Below, one piece after another: positions 18,589 through 27,998 of a DNA stretch of 50,278 bases (positions are counted from its first letter, which is position 1; every line of letters begins with the position of its first letter). Under the pieces are notes generated by a model. The model saw only the letters and a program-made list of their open reading frames with translations. It was not told where the DNA came from and made no database searches. The stretch lies in the IMG/VR virus record IMGVR_UViG_3300033233_000003. One strand, given 5' to 3'. The position numbers were made by a program, and so were the translations under genes. The stretch is from an uncultured virus (IMG/VR IMGVR_UViG_3300033233_000003) (lineage: Duplodnaviria; Heunggongvirae; Uroviricota; Caudoviricetes).

Positions 18589-18939
18589 ATGGCCAGCAGG
18601 ACTGACACGGCGGACGCGGTGACGTGGCTCGCCGGCAACAGGAACAAGAATCCGTTCGCCTCCAACATGATGAGCAGAGCTTACGCGATGAGCCTCTTCG
18701 AGAAACTGCTGCAGGACGGCGCGAAGAAGCTCTTGGTCACGGAGATCTTGGACGATTCTCGGACCATCGAGGAGGAGGGTGGACCCTACTCGGCCACGCT
18801 GCTCATCGAGGCGAACCTCGGCAACCCGAGCGTCTTCATGGAGATCATCAGCACCCTCGTCACAGCGAAGGCCGACGAGGTCTCCGTCATGCCGAAGCTC
18901 GTCGGCAAGTGCAACGTGCTCCGCGCCTGGTGGGACTGA
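18589..18939 (+). CDS. hypothetical phage protein ending LRAWWD
   Basis: 3' part of ORF 18124..18939 from ATG 18589. Confidence 0.75.
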   Translation: MASRTDTADAVTWLAGNRNKNPFASNMMSRAYAMSLFEKLLQDGAKKLLVTEILDDSRTIEEEGGPYSATLLIEANLGNPSVFMEIISTLVTAKADEVSVMPKLVGKCNVLRAWWD

Positions 18940-18949
18940 TGGAGAGAAA

Positions 18950-19606
18950 ATGAAACAGAACCTCATGAGCCTCGCCGTCCTCACGACGATCCTGGCGGCA
19001 TCCTCTTGTCGCTGCCCGAAGCCGCCCGGTCCGAAGGGCGGCAGCTCGACGCTCTCGATCCAGAACGACACGGACGCCGACACGACCGTCTACGTCGCGT
19101 TCGGGAGCAACTCCGTCGTCCTGCCCGCGAGCTGGACGTTCTGCGCCGCAAGCTCGAACCTCACGTGCAGTTTCCCGCTGCCGGCACACGGCCAGAAAGA
19201 CCTCCCGCTCGGTCTCCTCGGTGGTCAATTCCTCAACGCGACGTTCGCCTTCGGGGCCGGCGTCGGCTGCGGTTCGACGAAGGCCGAGATGACCCTGAAC
19301 AACCCGGCCTGGTACGACGTGGCCGACGTGAGCCTCGTCGACGGCTACAGCAACCGGATCGCCATCACGGTGAACGGAATCACGACCCTCGGACCTCCGC
19401 TCGGTCGAGACGGCAACGAGAAGGTCTTCGGGCTCTTCCCCTACGGCTGCGACATCTGCGTCGCGCGTCAGGCACCGCCCTGCGGGATCCCGACCGGCAC
19501 ACAAGGGTGCAAGGCCGGCAGCCAGTACGCGCCCGACGTGCCGTGCCAGTACCAGGGCTCGGTCATGGGCGGCGGATCCATCGTCAAGGTGTCCCTGGTG
19601 AAGTGA
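18950..19606 (+). CDS. thaumatin-like Cys-rich putative lipoprotein
   Basis: STKAEMTLN...DVSLVDGYS matches the thaumatin TLAEFTL...DVSLVDGFN signature; signal peptide ending AASSC. Confidence 0.7.
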   Translation: MKQNLMSLAVLTTILAASSCRCPKPPGPKGGSSTLSIQNDTDADTTVYVAFGSNSVVLPASWTFCAASSNLTCSFPLPAHGQKDLPLGLLGGQFLNATFAFGAGVGCGSTKAEMTLNNPAWYDVADVSLVDGYSNRIAITVNGITTLGPPLGRDGNEKVFGLFPYGCDICVARQAPPCGIPTGTQGCKAGSQYAPDVPCQYQGSVMGGGSIVKVSLVK

Positions 19607-19609
19607 ACG

Positions 19610-20149
19610 ATGGCGCTGACGCGACCGCGTCGACAGAAAAAGACGAGGGAGGCCGCGCTCTCTCGACTCTCGCGCCTCTCGCAAACCGAGCTGGAGGCCG
19701 AACCGATCGAGGTGCTCGATCGAGCCGCGTTCGGGGCCGCCGTCGGCGATGAGATCGAGGTGCCGCTCCACGAAGTCGAGATCATCTATCCGGGCGATCT
19801 GGAGAACGCGGAGTGGGCCGTCGAGAACGACCCCGAGAGATGGCGACCGTTCATCGATCTGCCTGTCGACTTCCGCATCCAGAAGAGCGGACATGCCGGC
19901 CTCGACGACGGCCACCATCGTTTCGCGCTTCGCCTGAAGATCGGCAAGAAGACGATCCACGGCACGGTCGTCGATGTCGAGGGCAACCCGATCGTGAGGC
20001 TCGAAGAGATCTTCGTCGAAGAAGGGCTTCGACGATCGCCTGGGGCAGGCGCGTGGTGGTCGAGGAGCGACGCGGGCGTCTTCGGCGCAGCGGATCCTGG
20101 TCGTACGATCCGGCGCTCGTGGCAGAGGAGGACCCGTTCCGCTACGTGA
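19610..20149 (+). CDS. ParB/Srx-like domain protein
   Basis: LPVDF...LDDGHHRF...GKKTI. Confidence 0.6.
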   Translation: MALTRPRRQKKTREAALSRLSRLSQTELEAEPIEVLDRAAFGAAVGDEIEVPLHEVEIIYPGDLENAEWAVENDPERWRPFIDLPVDFRIQKSGHAGLDDGHHRFALRLKIGKKTIHGTVVDVEGNPIVRLEEIFVEEGLRRSPGAGAWWSRSDAGVFGAADPGRTIRRSWQRRTRSAT

Positions 20150-20442
20150 CCACGGTGCCGCGTGACTGCGGACGATGCGGCGACGTGTTCTTCGGCTACA
20201 TCGTAGACGACAGGACATGGGCGAAGCTGCCGCCGCGATGGCGGCCTTTCGAGCTGTGCGTGCATTGCTTTCGCGAGATCTGCGAGCACCCGCGCAGTTC
20301 TGGATCGCCTCGTCCGTACGCGGTCGTCTGGCTCCGCCACGACTCTGTTTCCACGCGGTCCGCTTCGCGGCCGCCTGGTGCGCCGATCGAGGGGCCGAGG
20401 AAGCTCACGTCGATCCTCATCGCTCACGACTTCCGTCGCTGA
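20053..20442 (+). CDS. small Zn-finger protein (start uncertain)
   Basis: CGRC...YIVDDRTW...LCVHC in the frame of 19813..20442. Confidence 0.55.
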   Translation: MVVEERRGRLRRSGSWSYDPALVAEEDPFRYVTTVPRDCGRCGDVFFGYIVDDRTWAKLPPRWRPFELCVHCFREICEHPRSSGSPRPYAVVWLRHDSVSTRSASRPPGAPIEGPRKLTSILIAHDFRR

Positions 20443-20662
20443 GGGCCAAGAAAGCGACGACGTACTCGCGAAGCGCGGCCGCGAGATAGTGACCATCCTT
20501 TCGCGCCTGATCGATCTCCCAGATGAGCGTCGATAGATCGGTGCCACACGTCTCCGCGATGCGTTCGAGCATTCGCCAGAAAACCGGCTCCAGAGAGGTC
20601 GTCGATCGCTTTCCTCGGATCGAGACATGTCGCACTTCATAGTATCGATGTGCTCTCGGCAT
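20417..20662 (-). CDS. ribbon-helix-helix DNA-binding protein (RHH_4-like)
   Basis: VSIRGKRSTTSLEPVFWRMLERIA...LIWEID...LAAALREYV. Confidence 0.8.
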   Translation of the reverse strand: MPRAHRYYEVRHVSIRGKRSTTSLEPVFWRMLERIAETCGTDLSTLIWEIDQARKDGHYLAAALREYVVAFLALSDGSRER

Positions 20663-21224
20663 CACAGCTCCGGCATGAAGCCCTTCGGCCAGGGCGACTC
20701 TTGCTGCTCGTGCCGCAGCGCGGAGAGCAGGCACGCCGCTTCTTCTTTCGTGGCGCCGGATTCGTGCATGGCGGCATGCACGGCGAGGTAGAGCACGTCT
20801 CCGCTCACTTCTTTGACGAGGCAGCGAACGAACGCGACGAGGAAATCGTGATCAACTTCTCCTTCTCGTTCCGATACTCCTCGCGCTCGGCCTCCGTCAT
20901 GCTCCGGAAGCGCTCCTCTCGCAGGCTGTTGAAGAGCGGCATGCAGCACCCTGCCCCCACGGACAATTGCCGTCGTAGATCTTCTCGCGCTTCCCCCTCC
21001 GCCTTCAGGATCTCTCCGCACCAGTACCTCCCTTCCTTCCAAACGAGCGATGGACATTCAGCTCCCGGACCGTGAACCATCACGCCGATGGAGCATCGAG
21101 CCTTCAGACAACAGAGCCCGCTGCCGACGCAGGGCTTCGCGTCGATGGCCCAATCCTCATCGTTCGGCATTCTTGTCACCCGTTCTTCCGGATGAAGTCT
21201 CGCGTGACTCGGCTCGCTGCTCAT
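20662..21224 (-). pseudogene. Cys-rich phage protein apparently split by a 1-nt frameshift near 20856
   Basis: N-part PCVGSGLCC...CPSL.W...RYWC...GAGCC; a protein-like continuation DHDFLVAFVRCL...GFMPEL in another frame ends in a TGATG overlap with the RHH gene. Confidence 0.5.
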
Positions 21225-22561
21225 CACGCGCTCTCCTTGGTTGATTCCACTTCCAACTCCACAGCCTTGCAGCGGTTGATCATCGTCTGCTTCTGTCCCT
21301 TGTACTCGTCGTGCTTCTTCACAAAGCCCGTCAGCTCGAAGCGCTTGCCCACGTCGGCCCGCGCGAGTTCGGTCGAGCTGGCCTTCCACACGATCGTCTC
21401 GCCCGCATCTGTAAGGAACTTCAGCACCGTCGTGTAGCCGTAGGTGCCCTCGTAGCCAGTCACGAAGTCGAGGGTCACGACGAAGGTCTGGCGCTTGCCG
21501 ACGACGCCCACGTGCGCGTTGTTGTTCGGGCGCGCAGCGCGCTCGGCCCGCTTGCGCTCGTCGCCGAGATAGCGCTGGTAGGCGGTGACCATGCTCGCCG
21601 CGATTCCGCAGGTGCGCGAGGTCACGAGGCCCGTGCGCGCGACCGCACGAAGGTTGTGGAGGTAGTCGCTCCTTCGACCGCGGTCGCCTTCGGCGCCGCT
21701 AGGGGCGCCGTCAACGGTCGCATCGGTCAGCGACTCGGCCCACACTTCGGCGGCGGCAGCGAGCGCCATGTCTTCGATCGAGGGCTCACACTTGGCCTTC
21801 TCCTTGGAGCGCGAATCCGTCATGAGGGTCCACGCGTGGTCGGCCGAGGCCATCCCGCCCTTGTCGCGAGCGATGGTGCGCGAGACCCAGCCGAGCGTGC
21901 GCACTTCCCACGCCACGAACCCGAGGTACTCGGCGAGCATGTGCGAGCCCGAACCACCGCCGCCTCCGAAGCCCTCCTCGCAGCCGCCCTCGGCGAGCCC
22001 TGCGGCGTCGGCGAGCAGACACGCGCGATCGGCCATCTTGCCGGCGGCGTCGGAGCCGAGGAAGTCCTCGATGCAGGTCGAGCCGACCTGGACGAACTTG
22101 CCGTCCTCCACGCGGTCGCCTGCGGCGCCGCTGGGCTCGTGGATCAGGACGTAGGTGTCGTTGCGGCGGCGATTCTGCTTGCAGTGGTCGCAGGCCGGAC
22201 CGCGCGTGCGGTAGATCGCGGGAAGCTCGATCTCGCCGACGGTCCGGATGATGTTCTCTCCGTCCAAGTGTTGAAGCGCCGCGACGAAGGTCCAGCCCGC
22301 GAACTTGGGAGCGTCGGCCGGCAGAGTCAGCGGAATTCGCACGACCGTGTACGAGGTCTCCACGCCGCCTTCAGAAGTACGCTTGAAGCTCTGCGAGGAC
22401 GCCTTGCCCCAGGTCCAGACGAGCGCCGGCAGGCCCTTGCGCGCGGCACGCTTCTGAAGGGCCACGAGGCCAGCCTCGACGCTGTCCTTGCGCGAGAGCA
22501 GCACGTCGAAAACGCAGATCTCGGCGACGGGAAGGGCTTCGGCGGCGGTCATCTCGGTCAT
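21224..22561 (-). CDS. phage protein with Zn-binding motif and C-terminal OB-fold-like domain
   Basis: CDHC...RRRNDTY...QVGSTC; HVGVVGKR...VWKAS...GFVKKHDEYKGQKQT. Confidence 0.8.
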   Translation of the reverse strand: MTEMTAAEALPVAEICVFDVLLSRKDSVEAGLVALQKRAARKGLPALVWTWGKASSQSFKRTSEGGVETSYTVVRIPLTLPADAPKFAGWTFVAALQHLDGENIIRTVGEIELPAIYRTRGPACDHCKQNRRRNDTYVLIHEPSGAAGDRVEDGKFVQVGSTCIEDFLGSDAAGKMADRACLLADAAGLAEGGCEEGFGGGGGSGSHMLAEYLGFVAWEVRTLGWVSRTIARDKGGMASADHAWTLMTDSRSKEKAKCEPSIEDMALAAAAEVWAESLTDATVDGAPSGAEGDRGRRSDYLHNLRAVARTGLVTSRTCGIAASMVTAYQRYLGDERKRAERAARPNNNAHVGVVGKRQTFVVTLDFVTGYEGTYGYTTVLKFLTDAGETIVWKASSTELARADVGKRFELTGFVKKHDEYKGQKQTMINRCKAVELEVESTKESA

Positions 22562-22587
22562 GGTAGCCAGACGGGCCTGGAAAGCAA

Positions 22588-22606
22588 TTCATTCAATCTG
22601 CACTAC
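22588..22606 (-). promoter_or_regulatory. 19-bp promoter-like motif GTAGTGCAGATTGAATGAA
   Basis: Exact copy at 39447-39465 on the plus strand; lies in the AT-richer divergent intergenic region upstream of 22561. Confidence 0.55.
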
Positions 22607-22660
22607 AAGGCTTCCATTTACAGCCTGGCTGGAACTACCGGAGGCTTGCCATCAGCCTGC

Positions 22661-22674
22661 AAATGTGATCACAT
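22661..22674. promoter_or_regulatory. palindromic operator-like site AAATGTGATCACAT
   Basis: Identical to 15489-15502; about 35 bp upstream of the helicase gene. Confidence 0.55.
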
Positions 22675-22709
22675 CGTGAATACGTCCCGATCCGGGGACG
22701 TCATGCACC

Positions 22710-25115
22710 ATGGCCGCAATGACCACCGATCCAGCTCCGAAAGGCGTCGTCCGGATCCTGCCCGACGGGCCGGGTCGAGTGACGTTCAAGCCCAAGGGCT
22801 ACCTCGGCGACGGTCTCTTCGGAGCGTACCAGGATGCGTGCTCCGGCTCGCGCTTCGACGGCACGCGACGCTGCCAGACTGCGACCGTGGAAGTTGCCCT
22901 CGGCATCGTCGGTCGCCTGCAGCGCGAAGGCTTCGCGCTGCAGATCGATGCGAGCCTCACGGAGACGCTGCGCACCGAGATCGATGCGACGAAGGAGCGC
23001 GTCGAGGACGCCTCCGCGCGCGTCGAGCGCATCGACGCGTCGCTTCGAGCGAAGGGACTACGACTCTTCCCCTACCAGAAGACCGACGTCTCCTGGATCT
23101 CTTCTCGAAAGCGCTACCTCAACGCCAGCGAAATGGGAATGGGAAAATCAGTGGAGACGCTCGCGAGCCTGCCCGACGCCGGCACGTGCGGTCTGCTCGT
23201 GATCGCGCCGGCGATCGCGAAGGGCGTCTGGACGCGCGAGGCCGCGAAGTGGCGCCCGGAGTTCAAGGTGACGACGATCTCGGGCCACGCACTCGAACGA
23301 TGCGATCGTCTTTCCCGCTCTCGACGCAAGCACAAGAACTGCTGTGCTCCTGACATTCGCTGGCTGAAAGAAGTGCCGATCTATTCCTTCGAGATCCGTG
23401 GCCATGTCGAGGTCTGCCCATCGATCCGCCTCAACGCGGTTGTCCTCGACGCCGCTCGTCCCTCCGCGATCCCGGCAGGCAAGCTCCTCCCGATCCTTCG
23501 CGTCGTCGAGAAAATCGATCGATGCCGCGACCACGTCGACAGCTTTCGGTGGCCGGCGACGGGCGAGATCGTCATCATCAACTACGACATCCTTCCGCCG
23601 GCCGCGAAGGTCGCGCGCAAGAAGTTCGTGAAGGTGATCGAGCGCCCCTCCATCCGAGGAGGCCTGCAGAGCCTCGGTCTGGTGGGAGCACTAGCACCTC
23701 CAATCACACCGGCGGCGCCAGAGCCTCCTCGACAGGCACCGCCTGCCTCCAGGCTTCCACCGTGTCCACAAGGCGTGATCGTGATCGCCGACGAAGCTCA
23801 CCTCGCAAAGGCCGGCAATCAGTCGGCGCGCGGCCGCGCCTTCCGCGCCATCTCCGAGGCTGCTCGAAAAGCACATGGCAGCGTCGGACTCCTCACCGCG
23901 ACGCCGCAGCTGAACCTCAAGCCCCAGGAGATCTGGAACGTCCTCGAAGCGGCCGACCTCGCGCGCGAGGCCTTCGGCAGCTTCAAGGAGTTCATGCGTC
24001 TCTACGGCGGTCGCCAAGGCAAGTGGGGCATCGAGTGGCCTGACTACAAAGCGAGCACGCAGTATCCACTGCCGGAGGTCGGAGAGCGCCTGCGCCGCGT
24101 GATGATTCGGCGCCTGAAGAAGGATCACTTTTCGGAAATGCCTCAGAAGATCCACCGATCGATCGAGGTCGACCTCGATCGTGGCGTGCTCAAGGAAGCC
24201 GATGAGGTGCTCGACGCGCTCGCCGAACGCGGGCTCGATCTCGACGATCCGGAGTTTCTGGAGAAGGCCGAGACCATCGCGTTTGCAGAAGTCTCGAAGC
24301 TCCGCAGTAGCCTGGCCACGGCGAAGATTCCGGCGATGATGCAGATGGTCGAGCAGCACGAGGACAACGACGAGCCGTGTCTCGTCTTCTCCATGCACCG
24401 CGCCCCGATCGACATGCTCGGCAAGCGCGAGGGCTGGATCGCCATCACGGGTGACGTGAAGACCGAGGAGCGCACCCGGATCGAGAACGATTTCCAGGCC
24501 GGCAAGTACAAGGGCATCGCGCTGACCATCCAGGCGGGTGGCCTCGCCATCACGCTCACGCGCGCGTCGAGCGTGGTCTTCGTCGACCGCGCGTTCACAC
24601 CCGCGCTCAATGACCAGGCCTCCGATCGCGCACACCGCATCGGACAGACCAAGACCGTGATCGTGACGAGTCTCGTCGGAGACCACAAGATCGAGCGCCG
24701 CGTCGACGAGCTGCTCACGCAGAAGCGCGCGCTGATCGAGCGCTCGGTCGAACGCGCGATCCAGAAAGAGGACTCTCCGGCACCGTCGATCCCGAACGTC
24801 GACTTTGCCCTCTTGGCCGCCGCCGCCGAGGCCGAGGAGAAGCGTCAAGGCACGGCGAAGAAACCGAGGCGAGGCCCGAAGACCCCACGCGAGGAGTGGG
24901 CGAAGCGCGCTCTCTTGACACTCGCCATGCTCGATCCGGATCGGGCTGCGGAACTCAACGACATGGGCTTCAATGCGACCGACGGCGGATTCGGCCACTC
25001 GCTCGCCGCGCAGGTCAAAGACCAGGGCCTCACCGAGAAGCAGTGGAGCATGGCGGTCGTGCTCTGCAGCAAGTACCAGAGACAAGTAGGCCCTTTGCCT
25101 CCGAGGAACGAATGA
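22710..25115 (+). CDS. SNF2-family (SF2) helicase
   Basis: EMGMGKS, DEAH, LTATP, RRLKKD, GLAITLTRA, QASDRAHRIGQ. Confidence 0.93.
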   Translation: MAAMTTDPAPKGVVRILPDGPGRVTFKPKGYLGDGLFGAYQDACSGSRFDGTRRCQTATVEVALGIVGRLQREGFALQIDASLTETLRTEIDATKERVEDASARVERIDASLRAKGLRLFPYQKTDVSWISSRKRYLNASEMGMGKSVETLASLPDAGTCGLLVIAPAIAKGVWTREAAKWRPEFKVTTISGHALERCDRLSRSRRKHKNCCAPDIRWLKEVPIYSFEIRGHVEVCPSIRLNAVVLDAARPSAIPAGKLLPILRVVEKIDRCRDHVDSFRWPATGEIVIINYDILPPAAKVARKKFVKVIERPSIRGGLQSLGLVGALAPPITPAAPEPPRQAPPASRLPPCPQGVIVIADEAHLAKAGNQSARGRAFRAISEAARKAHGSVGLLTATPQLNLKPQEIWNVLEAADLAREAFGSFKEFMRLYGGRQGKWGIEWPDYKASTQYPLPEVGERLRRVMIRRLKKDHFSEMPQKIHRSIEVDLDRGVLKEADEVLDALAERGLDLDDPEFLEKAETIAFAEVSKLRSSLATAKIPAMMQMVEQHEDNDEPCLVFSMHRAPIDMLGKREGWIAITGDVKTEERTRIENDFQAGKYKGIALTIQAGGLAITLTRASSVVFVDRAFTPALNDQASDRAHRIGQTKTVIVTSLVGDHKIERRVDELLTQKRALIERSVERAIQKEDSPAPSIPNVDFALLAAAAEAEEKRQGTAKKPRRGPKTPREEWAKRALLTLAMLDPDRAAELNDMGFNATDGGFGHSLAAQVKDQGLTEKQWSMAVVLCSKYQRQVGPLPPRNE

Positions 25116-25405
25116 TGAAGCAGCCACGCCGCATCTTCCGCCGCGTCTTCCACGAGACCACCATCAGTTCGTCGAGACTTCAGCAGATCATCAGCGAGGC
25201 GTGGTTCGACGGACAGCTCGCGATCGTCGAGTGCATCGACGGCCGGCGCAAGCTGCCGCACGACGAATATGCCTACAACACCGTAGAGGCGGAGAAGATC
25301 CCGATCATCACGATCCGCACCAGGACCGAGAGCGAGGTCATCCGAAAGGCGATCCAGAGGCACGACGCGCTCGTTGTTGAACGCTTGTTGGGAATGAAGA
25401 GCTGA
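25112..25405 (+). CDS. hypothetical protein
   Basis: ATGA overlap; GAGG RBS. Confidence 0.65.
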   Translation: MMKQPRRIFRRVFHETTISSSRLQQIISEAWFDGQLAIVECIDGRRKLPHDEYAYNTVEAEKIPIITIRTRTESEVIRKAIQRHDALVVERLLGMKS

Positions 25406-25407
25406 CC

Positions 25408-25875
25408 ATGCATACCTGCTACGACGACATCCTGAGCCGCGTCACAAGCGATCCCAAGTGGTTCGACGAGCACGCCGTCCCTCGCTACTGCGATTTCTCA
25501 CCCGACGAGTGCGCGGACATCTACGCCAGACAAGCGTGCCTCTTGCTCATCGAGTGTCAGAACTGCGCGCGACCCTTCGAGGTCGCCCTCTCGTGGTCCG
25601 ACTACAGCCCGAAGAACGCGCTCGACGGTCTCGTCCGACGGCAGGAGATCCATTTCGGCGATCCGCCGAACGTCGAGTGCTGCTCCAGCGGCCCGAGCAT
25701 GAACAGCGTGCCGAAACGCGTGCTGCAGTTTTGGCGAAGGAACCCGCCGCCCCGAGATCTGGAAGTGGCATGGATCCGCGACGCGACACTGGAAATCGAG
25801 ATCAACCCATCGTGGATGAAGAATCGCACAAGCGGTGTCGACGGCGACCGCGATGGAGAGGGCGACGACTCATGA
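25408..25875 (+). CDS. Cys-rich hypothetical phage protein
   Basis: WFDEHAVPRY...CQNC...HFGDPPN..CC. Confidence 0.75.
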   Translation: MHTCYDDILSRVTSDPKWFDEHAVPRYCDFSPDECADIYARQACLLLIECQNCARPFEVALSWSDYSPKNALDGLVRRQEIHFGDPPNVECCSSGPSMNSVPKRVLQFWRRNPPPRDLEVAWIRDATLEIEINPSWMKNRTSGVDGDRDGEGDDS

Positions 25876-26753
25876 TGCCGCTCATGTCGATCCTGCTCGC
25901 AGATGTCCCGATCGCACTCAAATTTCTCGAACAACAAAAGGCAAAGATGCGCGTCAAGAGAATCAAAGAGTTCACCACAAACGCCTGGAATCTGATCGGA
26001 CCGAAGCTCGTCGCGTACGACAAAGGACCGAGTCCCTCGGCCGAGATGTACGCGCTGATCCAGACATTGGCAAACCTCTACGCCGATCTCGGTACCGAAC
26101 GCGACGACTTCGAGAGCAAGGCCAAGGCCGTCGACGCGCTGCGCAAGGAGAGAGACGATCTCATCGTCGAGAAGAGCACTCTCCTCGCGAGCGTCACCGA
26201 GTTGAAAGTGAGGCTGAACAAGCTCTACGGCATCCACGCCGAGGCCTCCGCGAAGCACGTCGAGGCGCGCGTGGAATCACCGCAGCTGAACAGACTGATT
26301 TCTTCTTTCAATCATCCGAAGGAGCGCAAGGCCGATGTTGCGGCGCTCAAGCCGCCCGCGCTTCGGAAGATGCTGCACGCAGCGCTCTCCTGCATCGACT
26401 GCGATCGTCGACTCCATCAACTCGACGAGCATAAGGTCGTCATGGAGAGAAAGAAGCTCGAAGACGAGATCGAGTCGCAAAGGGGCCGGATCGAGGACAC
26501 CGTCCGCCAGGTCGACCTGCTCAAGACGATGTCAGAGGACTGGAAGAAGCAGAGGAGCCTCGCAGAGACGCGCATCGAGGACCTGCAAAAGCGAGTCGAC
26601 GCGCTCAAGGTCGAGAGCGACGATCAGGTCCGCGAGCGGGTCACGGCTCAGACCCAACGCGACGCAGCTCGCGTCGATGCCGACATGCTGCGCACGCTCT
26701 GCCGCGCGCAGCAGGCGATCGTCGAGCGTCACTTCGCCATGGAGAAACCGTGA
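25872..26753 (+). CDS. coiled-coil protein
   Basis: E/K/R/L heptads; ATGA overlap. Confidence 0.75.
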   Translation: MMPLMSILLADVPIALKFLEQQKAKMRVKRIKEFTTNAWNLIGPKLVAYDKGPSPSAEMYALIQTLANLYADLGTERDDFESKAKAVDALRKERDDLIVEKSTLLASVTELKVRLNKLYGIHAEASAKHVEARVESPQLNRLISSFNHPKERKADVAALKPPALRKMLHAALSCIDCDRRLHQLDEHKVVMERKKLEDEIESQRGRIEDTVRQVDLLKTMSEDWKKQRSLAETRIEDLQKRVDALKVESDDQVRERVTAQTQRDAARVDADMLRTLCRAQQAIVERHFAMEKP

Positions 26754-26820
26754 GCGCCGTCGCCGGAAGAACAGTCGTCACGCACTTCAAGCTTCGGGGC
26801 GCCGAGGAAGAGGAGATCTA

Positions 26821-27132
26821 GTGACCGATCCGGACACCATTTCCCAGGGTCTGCGTCCGCTCTGGCTCGCTCATCCGCGCCCCGAGTGCCCCGCCTACTG
26901 CGCGCTCTGCTGGGAGGCCAAGCGCAACGAGCGCCGGCGGCAGTATTACGAGCGCGACCGCCAGGAGAACGTCGTGCCCGTCCATCGGCTAGGCCCTCGG
27001 CGGCGCATCGAAGCCGAGGACGAGCGCAAGCCCGATCGCCTGCTCCTCTCTATCCTCTTCATCGCCGCCGTTCTCGCTTGCGGCATCATCATGGGTGGCG
27101 TCGGCATCTACTTCGGAGGCTTTCATCGATGA
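26821..27132 (+). CDS. small membrane protein
   Basis: AGGAG RBS; CxxxCxxC; C-terminal hydrophobic helix. Confidence 0.6.
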   Translation: MTDPDTISQGLRPLWLAHPRPECPAYCALCWEAKRNERRRQYYERDRQENVVPVHRLGPRRRIEAEDERKPDRLLLSILFIAAVLACGIIMGGVGIYFGGFHR

Positions 27133-27235
27133 CCTCTGATCAGAAGTGCGAAGTCTCGGATCTGTCGACGTGTGCCGCGTTGCGCGCTGCGCGCCGAGAA
27201 CTGAAAGTCGAGCGTCAAATCAAGAGGACCGTCAG

Positions 27236-27418
27236 ATGACCGATCGAGAGCACCTTCGCCGCGTCGTCGCCGACGCCGTGAAGCTGATGCGCGCGCTAGA
27301 CAGATTCACGGGCGGCGAGGCCACCCAGGCGGAGTACCAAGCGATGATGACTGGCGAGCACCTCATGCCGCTGCGCAAGAGCACGCGAGCAGCAACCGAG
27401 CACCTGGGAGAAAACTGA
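27236..27418 (+). CDS. hypothetical protein
   Basis: GAGG RBS; MTDREHLRR. Confidence 0.55.
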   Translation: MTDREHLRRVVADAVKLMRALDRFTGGEATQAEYQAMMTGEHLMPLRKSTRAATEHLGEN

Positions 27419-27648
27419 TGACCGTCTCCGACCTCGCACGCTTCCTCGCCGAGAGCCACCTCGTGCTCCACGTCGAGCGCCGCAAGCCGTCGAGAAGCTT
27501 CATCGCGACACTGGAGTCAAGCAGCGCATTTCGAGGTCATCACATCAATGCTTGGAGCAGCACCAATCTTTCACCCGCGAAGGCCATCAGCATCGCGATG
27601 GCCGAGTTCGAGACCTGGCTCCAGGGAAAGGCAAGGGAAAGCACATGA
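27418..27648 (+). CDS. hypothetical protein
   Basis: TGATG coupling; GGAG RBS. Confidence 0.6.
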   Translation: MTVSDLARFLAESHLVLHVERRKPSRSFIATLESSSAFRGHHINAWSSTNLSPAKAISIAMAEFETWLQGKAREST

Positions 27649-27998
27649 CGTACGACCTTGCCGCGATAGACCAGATGCGCAGATCCTTCGAGCCTCAGAT
27701 CATTTTTCGTCAAGGCGAGGCGGGATTCCAGGAGATGGAGATCGTGCAAGACGGCCTTCGAGTCATCCTTCGACTCCGATCTCAAGTGTTCTCGGTCGAC
27801 TATCATGGAGCCTCACCCAAAGTGCTGGTCGAGCAGGCCCTTCCGCTTCACGACTTCCGAAAACTCGTCACCGTGCTGCGCGACACATTGAAGAAGATCG
27901 ACGCCACGCTCGCAGCACCATTGCCTTCGGGCTCGCCGAGTCCGCAGAGGCCGCCCGAGAAGATCAAAGCGAAGAAATTGAGGAGGTCTCGTGGCTAA
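27645..27998 (+). CDS. hypothetical protein
   Basis: ATGA coupling; MTYDLAAIDQ. Confidence 0.6.
   Translation: MTYDLAAIDQMRRSFEPQIIFRQGEAGFQEMEIVQDGLRVILRLRSQVFSVDYHGASPKVLVEQALPLHDFRKLVTVLRDTLKKIDATLAAPLPSGSPSPQRPPEKIKAKKLRRSRG

Noticed and set aside
19608..19632. Further hairpin-like matches (19608, also 16547 and 9501)
   Set aside because: Spacing or inner stem does not fit the consensus, so they were not counted.
23080..23160. A-rich patch at helicase motif I as a DGR template or variable repeat
   Set aside because: No second copy and no reverse transcriptase in the window.
23285..23540. Intein in the helicase
   Set aside because: No terminal His-Asn followed by Cys/Ser/Thr, and no recognisable splicing blocks.
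21311..25127. Long antisense ORFs (21311..23353, 23691..25127; likewise 4028..5587 and 16787..18352)
   Set aside because: They are shadow frames of real genes, typical of high-GC DNA, and carry no motifs.
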